Translations under genes and position numbers: made by a program
Source of the DNA: Escherichia coli
GTDB lineage: Bacteria > Pseudomonadota > Gammaproteobacteria > Enterobacterales > Enterobacteriaceae
Reading direction: 5' to 3' (one strand)
DNA: 64,000 nt
Assembly (NCBI RefSeq): GCF_013315695.1
Contig: NZ_CP054353.1
The notes under the pieces: generated by a model
Databases searched by the model: none
What the model saw: the letters and a program-made list of their open reading frames with translations, nothing else
Told to the model about the DNA's origin: nothing
Shown: positions 46,959 to 56,497 of the stretch, one piece after another
Position numbering within the stretch: the first letter of the stretch is position 1
Layout: every line of letters starts with the position of its first letter

Positions 46959-48119
46959 ATGGAAAGAGTCAGTATTACCGAGCGCCCGGACTGGCGCGAA
47001 AAAGCCCACGAATACGGTTTCAATTTTCACACCATGTACGGCGAGCCGTACTGGTGTGAAGATGCTTACTACAAGTTGACCCTCGCCCAGGTTGAAAAGC
47101 TGGAAGAAGTCACCGCCGAACTGCACCAGATGTGCCTGAAAGTGGTGGAAAAAGTGATCGCCAGCGATGAGCTGATGACCAAATTCCGCATACCAAAACA
47201 CACCTGGAGTTTTGTGCGCCAGTCATGGCTGACGCACCAGCCATCGCTTTATTCGCGTCTTGATCTGGCGTGGGATGGCACTGGCGAACCTAAGCTTCTG
47301 GAAAATAACGCCGATACGCCAACGTCACTATACGAGGCGGCGTTCTTTCAGTGGATCTGGCTGGAAGATCAGCTTAACGCCGGTAACTTGCCGGAGGGCA
47401 GCGACCAGTTTAACAGTTTGCAAGAAAAGCTGATCGATCGCTTCGTTGAGCTGCGTGAACAGTATGGCTTCCAGTTGCTGCATCTCACCTGCTGTCGCGA
47501 CACGGTGGAAGATCGCGGAACCATTCAGTATTTGCAGGACTGCGCGACGGAAGCTGAAATCGCTACCGAGTTCCTCTACATCGACGATATCGGGTTAGGT
47601 GAAAAAGGTCAGTTCACGGATTTACAGGATCAGGTGATTTCCAACCTGTTCAAGCTGTATCCGTGGGAATTTATGTTGCGTGAGATGTTCTCCACCAAGC
47701 TGGAGGATGCAGGCGTACGCTGGCTGGAACCGGCGTGGAAGAGCATTATCTCCAACAAAGCGCTTCTACCGCTACTGTGGGAGATGTTCCCGAATCACCC
47801 GAACCTGCTGCCCGCTTATTTTGCGGAAGATGATCATCCGCAAATGGAAAAATATGTGGTTAAACCGATCTTCTCCCGTGAAGGCGCAAACGTGTCGATC
47901 ATTGAGAACGGCAAAACCATTGAAGCAGCGGAAGGTCCGTATGGCGAAGAAGGGATGATTGTTCAGCAATTCCACCCGTTACCGAAATTCGGCGACAGCT
48001 ATATGCTGATTGGTAGCTGGCTGGTGAACGATCAACCTGCCGGAATTGGCATTCGTGAAGACCGTGCATTGATCACCCAGGATATGTCTCGGTTTTATCC
48101 GCATATTTTTGTTGAGTAA
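46959..48119 (+). CDS. ygiC: glutathionylspermidine-synthase-like ATP-grasp protein
   Basis: 386 aa. Confidence 0.8.
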
Positions 48120-48215
48120 TACAGCTTAATATTGCCCCGATAAGCGGGGCAATCTCTTATAATCCACCATTCATAATTCCCATCAATATATAAACACATA
48201 CATATCCAACCTTTA

Positions 48216-48245
48216 TTTAACATTAATACTCAATTTAATGTTAAA
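48216..48245. repeat. perfect 11-bp inverted repeat with an 8-bp spacer in the assT leader
   Basis: tttaacattaa-tactcaat-ttaatgttaaa, about 360 bp upstream of assT in very AT-rich DNA. Confidence 0.4.
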
Positions 48246-48603
48246 TCGTCATATGCAAGCGATATTGTAATTAAAGTAAGTGAATACATCACAACATAAC
48301 TATTTGATATTATTTGAATACTTTACTTTTATCTCACCAGATTTAAATTTAATAATTAAAAAACAATGTTGCAGGGATCACACTACACAGTATTGAACAT
48401 TGTGATTGATATATTGCCCCCCTACTATCCATTAAACATAAATATTTGTTTCACCGAATAACAACATATTTAAAAGAAACACAAAAGCATTCTCACTCTT
48501 TATTGAATTAATATTCATATTCACGTAACGAATTTATTAGAACCCTCTCAACAGTCGATATTCATCATTATTATATATTTGCGTTATATAAGGAGATATA
48601 TCC

Positions 48604-50400
48604 ATGTTTGATAAATATAGAAAAACACTCGTAGCCGGAACTGTGGCGATAACCCTGGGTTTGTCAGCATCGGGGGTGATGGCTGCGGGTTTTAAACCAG
48701 CGCCGCCTGCCGGGCAACTGGGTGCGGTCATTGTCGATCCCTACGGCAATGCACCACTGACCGCTTTGGTTAACTTAGATAGCCATGTTATTTCTGACGT
48801 CAAAGTTACCGTCCATGGGAAGGGCGAAAAAGGCGTAGAAATCAGCTATCCCGTGGGTCAGGAATCACTAAAAACTTACGATGGTGTACCGATTTTTGGT
48901 CTTTATCAGAAATTTGCTAACAAAGTGACCGTTGAGTGGAAAGAAAACGGCAAGGTCATGAAAGATGATTATGTGGTGCACACTTCGGCCATCGTCAACA
49001 ATTACATGGATAACCGCTCCATCTCCGACCTACAGCAAACCAAAGTCGTTAAAGTCGCGCCAGGTTTTGAAGATCGCCTCTATCTGGTTAATACCCACAC
49101 CTTTACCGCCCAAGGTTCCGATCTCCACTGGCATGGTGAGAAAGATAAAAATGCCGGTATCCTTGATGCGGGTCCGGCAACTGGCGCACTCCCTTTTGAT
49201 ATCGCGCCCTTTACTTTCATCGTCGATACCGAAGGTGAATACCGCTGGTGGCTGGATCAAGACACTTTCTACGATGGTCGTGACCGCGATATCAACAAGC
49301 GTGGTTATCTGATGGGTATCCGCGAAACGCCACGCGGCACCTTTACCGCTGTACAAGGTCAGCACTGGTACGAGTTCGACATGATGGGGCAGGTGCTCGA
49401 AGATCACAAACTACCGCGCGGATTTGCTGACGCTACTCATGAATCCATTGAGACGCCAAATGGCACAGTATTGTTGCGCGTAGGTAAGAGCAATTACCGT
49501 CGCGATGACGGCGTACACGTCACCACCATTCGTGACCATATCCTCGAAGTCGATAAATCTGGTCGCGTTGTAGATGTATGGGATCTGACGAAGATCCTCG
49601 ATCCGAAACGCGATGCACTGCTCGGCGCGCTGGATGCAGGTGCAGTTTGCGTTAACGTTGACCTTGCCCATGCAGGACAACAGGCAAAACTGGAACCAGA
49701 TACACCGTTCGGCGACGCTCTGGGTGTAGGGCCAGGCCGTAACTGGGCGCACGTTAATTCCATCGCTTATGACGCAAAAGATGACTCAATTATTCTCTCT
49801 TCTCGTCACCAGGGTGTTGTGAAGATTGGTCGTGATAAGCAAGTGAAATGGATCCTTGCACCCTCTAAAGGTTGGGAAAAACCGCTGGCCAGCAAGCTGC
49901 TGAAACCGGTTGATGCTAACGGTAAGCCAATTACCTGTAACGAAAATGGCCTGTGCGAAAACTCAGACTTCGACTTTACCTACACCCAGCATACCGCCTG
50001 GATTTCCAGCAAAGGAACGCTCACCATTTTTGATAATGGCGATGGTCGTCATCTGGAACAACCTGCCTTACCAACCATGAAATATTCCCGCTTTGTGGAA
50101 TATAAGATTGATGAGAAGAAAGGCACCGTTCAGCAAGTGTGGGAATACGGTAAAGAACGTGGCTACGATTTCTATAGCCCAATCACCTCCATCATTGAAT
50201 ATCAAGCCGACCGTAACACCATGTTTGGCTTCGGTGGTTCTATTCATTTGTTCGATGTCGGGCAGCCAACCGTCGGTAAGTTGAACGAAATCGATTACAA
50301 AACCAAAGAAGTGAAAGTGGAAATCGACGTGCTGTCAGATAAACCCAATCAGACTCACTATCGTGCATTGTTAGTCCGTCCACAACAGATGTTCAAATAA
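48604..50400 (+). CDS. assT: periplasmic arylsulfate sulfotransferase
   Basis: 598 aa; signal peptide; followed by a dedicated DsbA/DsbB-like pair. Confidence 0.8.
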   Translation: MFDKYRKTLVAGTVAITLGLSASGVMAAGFKPAPPAGQLGAVIVDPYGNAPLTALVNLDSHVISDVKVTVHGKGEKGVEISYPVGQESLKTYDGVPIFGLYQKFANKVTVEWKENGKVMKDDYVVHTSAIVNNYMDNRSISDLQQTKVVKVAPGFEDRLYLVNTHTFTAQGSDLHWHGEKDKNAGILDAGPATGALPFDIAPFTFIVDTEGEYRWWLDQDTFYDGRDRDINKRGYLMGIRETPRGTFTAVQGQHWYEFDMMGQVLEDHKLPRGFADATHESIETPNGTVLLRVGKSNYRRDDGVHVTTIRDHILEVDKSGRVVDVWDLTKILDPKRDALLGALDAGAVCVNVDLAHAGQQAKLEPDTPFGDALGVGPGRNWAHVNSIAYDAKDDSIILSSRHQGVVKIGRDKQVKWILAPSKGWEKPLASKLLKPVDANGKPITCNENGLCENSDFDFTYTQHTAWISSKGTLTIFDNGDGRHLEQPALPTMKYSRFVEYKIDEKKGTVQQVWEYGKERGYDFYSPITSIIEYQADRNTMFGFGGSIHLFDVGQPTVGKLNEIDYKTKEVKVEIDVLSDKPNQTHYRALLVRPQQMFK

Positions 50401-50417
50401 TTAAGAAGGGAATAAAA

Positions 50418-51086
50418 ATGTCGAAATTAGGGATCTCATCACTATTTAAAAGCATACTGCTTACTGCAGCTTTGGCTGTTTCATTTACCGCCTCTGCATT
50501 TACCGAAGGCACGGATTACATGGTTCTGGAAAAACCTATTCCGAATGCAGACAAAACGCTGATTAAGGTATTCAGCTACGCCTGCCCGTTCTGTTACAAG
50601 TACGACAAAGCGGTTACCGGTCCGGTATCGGAAAAAGTGAAAGATATCGTTGCTTTCACGCCGTTCCATCTGGAAACCAAAGGTGAATACGGCAAACAAG
50701 CAAGCGAAGTCTTTGCGGTCTTGATCAATAAAGATAAAGCAGCAGGCATTTCCTTATTTGATGCTAACTCTCAGTTTAAGAAAGCCAAGTTTGCCTACTA
50801 CGTGGCTTATCACGACAAAAAAGAACGCTGGTCTGACGGTAAAGATCCGGCTGCTTTTATCAAAACCGGTCTGGATGCCGCAGGTATGAGTCAGGCGGAT
50901 TTTGAAGCGGCACTGAAAGAACCAGCGGTTCAAGAAACACTGGAAAAATGGAAAGCCTCTTATGATGTCGCCAAAATCCAGGGGGTTCCAGCCTATGTCG
51001 TTAATGGTAAGTACTTGATCTACACCAAGAGCATCAAATCCATCGACGCGATGGCAGACCTTATCCGTGAGTTAGCAAGCAAATAA
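50418..51086 (+). CDS. dsbL: DsbA-like periplasmic thiol:disulfide oxidoreductase
   Basis: 222 aa; signal peptide; CPFC active site. Confidence 0.75.
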
Positions 51087-51100
51087 CAGGGAAACAGGCT

Positions 51101-51772
51101 ATGGGTATTAAGGGAATGTGGAAAGATCTTCGCACATCACCAGTTGACACACTGGTCAGATGGCAGGAGCAACGCTTGTTGTGGTTGTTAATGGCCGTTG
51201 CGATGGGCGCGTTAATTATCCTGGCGCACTCTTTCTTCCAGATCTATCTCTACATGGCACCCTGTGAGCAATGTGTATACATTCGCTACGCCATGTTTGT
51301 GATGGTTATTGGAGGATTGGTTGCAGCGATCAACCCAAAGAACATCATCCTAAAGCTAATTGGCTGCGTGATGGCATTTTACGGCAGCATTTTGGGACTG
51401 AAGTTTTCGCTCAAACTGAACGATATCCACCATGCAGTACATAATCCGGATCCCGATTCACTGTTTGGCGTACAGGGTTGCTCTACCGATCCAACTTTTC
51501 CCTTTAACCTGCCGCTGGCACAGTGGGCACCAAATTGGTTCAAGCCTACCGGGGATTGTGGCTATGACGCACCAATCGTTCCTGATGGCGTCACACTGAG
51601 CAGCACGCAACAGTGGTTTGTGGAAATGTATCAGCAATCTGAAGGCTGGTATCTGCTACCACCATGGCATTTTATGAATATGGCTCAGGCTTGTATGCTG
51701 GCTTTTGGTATGTGTCTGGTGCTGCTGGTCATTATGAGTGGCGCATGGGCGCTTAAAATCATCAGAGGCTAA
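51101..51772 (+). CDS. dsbI: DsbB-like membrane disulfide oxidoreductase
   Basis: 223 aa; TM helices with paired Cys. Confidence 0.75.
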
Positions 51773-51782
51773 CTCAGCAACA

Positions 51783-51817
51783 CCCGAAGCCAGTCATTCT
51801 GGCTTCGGGTTCTTTTA
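51783..51817 (+). terminator. rho-independent terminator after dsbI
   Basis: Hairpin cccgaagccag...ctggcttcggg followed by ttcttttatt. Confidence 0.5.
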
Positions 51818-52606
51818 TTAACCTATCTGCACCGACAGCATACTTAAACTGCCCATTTCTATACCATCGACCGGAATGGTAATTGGCTCCTGCCCATCCC
51901 ACGCACCTAACACATACAACAACGGCAGATAGTGCTCTGGCGTTGGGTTCGATAACGCGCCACCTTCATGGTCGAGATAATTCACCAGAGGATGTTGTTC
52001 CACCGGCCCTTGCCACGTCAGATTCGCTTTCACATACTCATTAAACGACGTCGCCCACGGATACGGTGAACTATCACCGTGCCACTTCACTGTACGCAGG
52101 TTATGCACCACGTTGCCACTGGCGACCAACATTATCCCTTCATCACGCAGCGCCGCGAGTTTGCGCCCCATTTCGAAATGCCAGGCGGCAGGTTTGCTAC
52201 TGTCGATACTCAACTGCACCATCGGGATATCGGCGTCAGGATACATCTTAATCAGTACGCCCCACGAGCCGTGGTCGAAGCCCCAGGCTTCTTTATCCAG
52301 CGTCACAGGGACCGGCGCTAACAGCTCAACCAGATGCTGTGCCAGCGCAGGTGAACCCGGAGCAGGATAATGCGTATCGTACAGCGCCTGCGGGAAGCCA
52401 CCAAAGTCATGAATCGTGGGCGGCGTCTCCATCGCGGTCACTCCTGTTCCACGGGTAAACCAGTGAGCCGAAACCACCACTATTGCTTGCGGGCGTGGCA
52501 ATGTCATCCCCAACGTCTGCCAGCTGCGGGTATACAAATTATCTTCCAGCACGTTCATCGGACTACCGTGACCTAAAAACAATGCTGGCATACGTGTTGA
52601 AGACAT
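51818..52606 (-). CDS. ygiD: extradiol ring-cleavage dioxygenase (DOPA-dioxygenase-like)
   Basis: 262 aa from MSSTRMPALF...; AAGGA RBS. Confidence 0.8.
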   Translation of the reverse strand: MSSTRMPALFLGHGSPMNVLEDNLYTRSWQTLGMTLPRPQAIVVVSAHWFTRGTGVTAMETPPTIHDFGGFPQALYDTHYPAPGSPALAQHLVELLAPVPVTLDKEAWGFDHGSWGVLIKMYPDADIPMVQLSIDSSKPAAWHFEMGRKLAALRDEGIMLVASGNVVHNLRTVKWHGDSSPYPWATSFNEYVKANLTWQGPVEQHPLVNYLDHEGGALSNPTPEHYLPLLYVLGAWDGQEPITIPVDGIEMGSLSMLSVQIG

Positions 52607-52748
52607 GATGATATCCTTAACTAAAGGTGTCATTTTGATATCCTCACAATACGCTTGTTCGGCGGAGTAAGAACCCGGATAACAATGATGATGATCATCA
52701 GTTATTTTGACGATCTGCCTGAAAGTGAAGATTTATAAGGAGTTGTCG

Positions 52749-53522
52749 ATGTCAGTACCTCTCATTCTGACCATACTGGCGGGGGCAGCCACGTTTATTG
52801 GCGCGTTTCTCGGCGTTCTCGGGCAAAAACCCTCGAACCGCTTACTGGCGTTTTCGCTAGGATTTGCGGCGGGGATCATGTTGCTCATCTCATTAATGGA
52901 AATGCTTCCTGCCGCATTAGCCGCCGAAGGAATGTCACCTGTGTTGGGTTATGGAATGTTTATCTTCGGTCTGCTTGGCTATTTTGGCCTGGACCGCATG
53001 TTGCCACATGCGCATCCGCAGGATTTAATGCAAAAATCGGTGCAGCCGTTGCCAAAATCGATCAAGCGCACAGCCATTCTGCTCACTCTCGGCATCAGTC
53101 TGCATAACTTCCCGGAAGGGATTGCCACCTTTGTCACGGCGAGCAGCAACCTGGAGCTGGGCTTTGGCATCGCACTGGCCGTTGCGTTACACAATATTCC
53201 TGAAGGTCTGGCGGTTGCAGGCCCGGTTTACGCGGCAACGGGGTCTAAACGCACCGCGATTCTTTGGGCGGGGATTTCTGGACTGGCAGAAATTCTTGGT
53301 GGTGTGCTGGCGTGGTTAATCCTCGGTAGCATGATTTCCCCGGTGGTCATGGCGGCAATCATGGCGGCGGTTGCAGGAATTATGGTGGCGCTCTCGGTTG
53401 ATGAATTAATGCCGCTCGCCAAAGAGATTGACCCTAATAATAACCCCAGCTATGGCGTACTATGTGGAATGTCAGTGATGGGATTCAGTTTAGTGCTGCT
53501 ACAAACGGCGGGAATTGGTTAA
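52749..53522 (+). CDS. zupT: ZIP-family zinc transporter
   Basis: 257 aa from [10 protein letters not shown]...; AAGGAG RBS. Confidence 0.9.
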
Positions 53523-53579
53523 AAGCAACATCAGAAGTTGTCCAGCGCATGGACAACTTCTGCCAGCTTCACTAAAGCC

Positions 53580-53750
53580 TTATTCTACCTTTTCGGCTGT
53601 CTCTTCTCTCGTACTGTTTAAGTATTTGTTCCGCGCTTCAAGCAGTGCGTCTCTGTCCTGGCGAAACGCCCGACAATAACGTTTCAAATGCAGGAAATAA
53701 CCCACAACAACAAGAGCAATCAATACAATCCAGTACCAGGCGATAAACAT
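53580..53750 (-). CDS. hypothetical small membrane protein (56 aa from the ATG)
   Basis: Single predicted TM helix (FIAWYWIVLIALVVVGYFL); AAGG before the ATG at 53750; the track ORF starts at an upstream TTG. Confidence 0.35.
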   Translation of the reverse strand: MFIAWYWIVLIALVVVGYFLHLKRYCRAFRQDRDALLEARNKYLNSTREETAEKVE

Positions 53751-53940
53751 CCTTTTACCCTTAATATTTAACAATACTAAACATTTAGCGCATAAATTTC
53801 ACATATCCTTTTTCGGATATATTCATATGGTCGCATAATAACGGAACAATTATATGATTTTGATCATAATGAAAAAGAATGCCTGATATTAATGAAATTT
53901 TCTCATAGAAAGAGAAGCGGAATTAACATCTTGCTTAGCA

Positions 53941-53980
53941 GGGAAAAATAAAAACCGAAGCCTGCTACAACTTCGGTTTC
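53941..53980 (-). terminator. ribB rho-independent terminator
   Basis: Hairpin aaccgaag...cttcggtt followed on the minus strand by a T-run. Confidence 0.5.
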
Positions 53981-54011
53981 TTGATTAAGGCAGTAAATTA
54001 AGCAGCGGTTT

Positions 54012-54665
54012 TCAGCTGGCTTTACGCTCATGTGCCTGACGGTATGCCACCAGGTCTTCAATAGTCACGAGCGCCATATTGTGTTTATTGGCAAACTCAA
54101 TGCACTCTGGTGCACGCGCCATCGTGCCATCGTCATTAGTCAGCTCACACAGCACACCAGCCGGTTTAAAGCCTGCCAGCGTCATTAGATCAATAGTTGC
54201 TTCAGTATGACCGCCACGCGTCAGTACTCCACCTGCCTGCGCGCGAAGTGGGAAAACGTGGCCCGGGCGATTCAGATCAGAAGGTTTTGCGTCATCGGCA
54301 ATCGCTGCGCGAACGGTCGTAATACGGTCAGCGGCAGAAACACCGGTAGTCACACCTTCAGCCGCTTCAATGGTCACGGTAAAACCGGTGCCATAGGCGC
54401 TGGTGTTATTTTCTACCATCATTGGCAGATCGAGTTGTTTACGGCGATCTTCAGTAATGCACAGGCAAACAATACCGCTACCGTGGCGAATGGTCAGCGC
54501 CATCTGCTCAACGGTCATGGTTTCTGCCGGGAAGATCATATCGCCTTCGTTTTCACGGTCTTCATCATCAAGCACCATTACACCGCGTCCTTCACGCAGC
54601 GCAGCCAGTGCATTTTCAACACGTTCGAAAGGCGTACCAAAAGAGGAAAGTAGCGTCTGATTCAT
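54012..54665 (-). CDS. ribB: 3,4-dihydroxy-2-butanone-4-phosphate synthase
   Basis: 217 aa. Confidence 0.95.
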   Translation of the reverse strand: MNQTLLSSFGTPFERVENALAALREGRGVMVLDDEDRENEGDMIFPAETMTVEQMALTIRHGSGIVCLCITEDRRKQLDLPMMVENNTSAYGTGFTVTIEAAEGVTTGVSAADRITTVRAAIADDAKPSDLNRPGHVFPLRAQAGGVLTRGGHTEATIDLMTLAGFKPAGVLCELTNDDGTMARAPECIEFANKHNMALVTIEDLVAYRQAHERKAS

Positions 54666-54699
54666 GGTAAAAAAACCTCACTAAAATTATGGTTACCAG

Positions 54700-54935
54700 A
54701 ATCAGGGCAGTCTTAGGAGTGGCGGCATATAGCCAAAATAACGTGAGCGGGTCCATGCCCGACAGAATCGTTACTCTCTCCCATCCGGACTCTAACCGTC
54801 GGCCCCGGAATTACACCGGATCTGCTGTCCTTTGAGTTCGCACCCAAAGCGCTCGCGGGCTTTCAACTGAGTTGATTTACCGCCGGTGGGGAATTTCGCC
54901 CCGCCCTGAGAATAAGCGGATTCACTATAACGCTA
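54700..54935 (-). promoter_or_regulatory. FMN riboswitch (RFN element) in the ribB leader
   Basis: Minus strand carries GGGCGGGGCGAAATTCCCCACCGGCGG and the downstream GGATGGGAGAGAG-type conserved segments. Confidence 0.8.
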
Positions 54936-55038
54936 ATGATTAGCGGCAGCAACGCATAGCTTCACATAATTCTGGTTTATGACTTACCCTTATCGCACTA
55001 CAATGGCACTCAACACCTATCAGTACAGGGAAACTACA

Positions 55039-55338
55039 ATGATTGACCCGAAAAAAATTGAGCAAATCGCTCGCCAGGTTCACGAATCAATGCCTAAAGG
55101 AATCAGGGAGTTCGGGGAAGATGTGGAGAAAAAAATCCGCCAAACCCTACAAGCGCAGCTGACACGTCTCGATCTGGTAAGCCGCGAAGAATTCGACGTT
55201 CAGACGCAAGTCCTGTTACGGACTCGTGAAAAACTGGCGTTACTGGAACAGCGCATCAGTGAACTGGAAGCGCGCAATAATTCGGTAGCAGATCTTCAAT
55301 CTCCTCCGGCTATCCCGCCTATTGATAAAGCAGAATAA
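55039..55338 (+). CDS. ubiK: ubiquinone-biosynthesis accessory factor (BMFP family)
   Basis: 99 aa from [14 protein letters not shown]...; coiled-coil. Confidence 0.75.
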   Translation: MIDPKKIEQIARQVHESMPKGIREFGEDVEKKIRQTLQAQLTRLDLVSREEFDVQTQVLLRTREKLALLEQRISELEARNNSVADLQSPPAIPPIDKAE

Positions 55339-55343
55339 AGCAA

Positions 55344-55372
55344 CACAAAAACGGGCCAGACGGCCCGTAATA
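55344..55372. terminator. bidirectional terminator between convergent ubiK and glgS
   Basis: Hairpin acgggcc-aga-cggcccgt. Confidence 0.45.
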
Positions 55373-55573
55373 TCAGTGTTCTAATTCAAGTTCTCTGGTT
55401 TGCATCATTTGTTGGCAATACCAGGCATAACGTGCGCAAAACCAGGTTCTATGTTCTTCATCCATGTTACCAGTAACGGCCAGAATATCGACCGGGCGAC
55501 CTTCTGCGTGCATTCTGGCAAAACTACGCGCCAGGAAATCGAAATTATTTAAAGAATTAAGACTATGATCCAT
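55373..55573 (-). CDS. glgS: surface-composition regulator GlgS
   Basis: 66 aa from [13 protein letters not shown]...; GGAGG RBS. Confidence 0.85.
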
Positions 55574-55841
55574 AAGCACATCCTCCGGTTATCGCATACC
55601 TTTTAAGGCCATATGCTTTTTCTGATTTCAGTATTCACCAATCAGTGTAGTGCCTTTAAACATAACGTGCGTAAATATATTGTCCCCGATCACACTTTTT
55701 AGTGAAAAATAAAAAACCATATTAAAAGACTTTCTCTTCCAGAACTTCTCTAACATGTGTTATTATTAACAAAGATAAATGTAAGCAAGGAAACTATCAT
55801 AAAGTAAATATTGCGTCACTAAATGGACATTGGAGTGACAT

Positions 55842-56471
55842 ATGATTTTATTCGCCGACTATAACACCCCTTATCTTTTCGCTATTTCCTTTGTACTGTT
55901 GATCGGCCTTTTAGAAATTTTTGCGCTTATCTGCGGTCACATGCTCTCCGGTGCACTTGATGCACATCTTGACCATTATGATTCCATAACCACAGGTCAT
56001 ATTAGCCAGGCACTTCATTATCTCAATATCGGAAGATTGCCAGCTCTCGTCGTTCTTTGCTTACTGGCTGGTTTTTTTGGTCTTATTGGCATCCTGTTGC
56101 AGCATACCTGCATCATGGTCTGGCAATCACCACTCTCGAACCTGTTTGTGGTTCCTGTCAGTTTACTGTTTACGATTATTGCGGTGCATTATACCGGTAA
56201 AATAGTTGCGCCCTGGATTCCACGCGATCATAGCTCAGCTATTACAGAAGAAGAATATATTGGTAGCATGGCGTTAATTACCGGTCATCAAGCCACTTCA
56301 GGTAATCCCTACGAAGGAAAACTCACCGATCAATTTGGCCAAATACATTATTTACTACTGGAGCCTGAAGAAGGAAAAATTTTCACTAAAGGAGACAAAG
56401 TGTTAATTATTTGCCGACTTTCTGCAACTCGATATTTGGCGGAAAACAATCCCTGGCCCCAAATATTGTAA
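55842..56471 (+). CDS. yqiJ: NfeD-like inner membrane protein
   Basis: 209 aa; N-terminal TM helices; precedes the flotillin-like yqiK. Confidence 0.8.
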   Translation: MILFADYNTPYLFAISFVLLIGLLEIFALICGHMLSGALDAHLDHYDSITTGHISQALHYLNIGRLPALVVLCLLAGFFGLIGILLQHTCIMVWQSPLSNLFVVPVSLLFTIIAVHYTGKIVAPWIPRDHSSAITEEEYIGSMALITGHQATSGNPYEGKLTDQFGQIHYLLLEPEEGKIFTKGDKVLIICRLSATRYLAENNPWPQIL

Positions 56472-56497
56472 TTTATTAATCAAAAGGAAATTTAATA

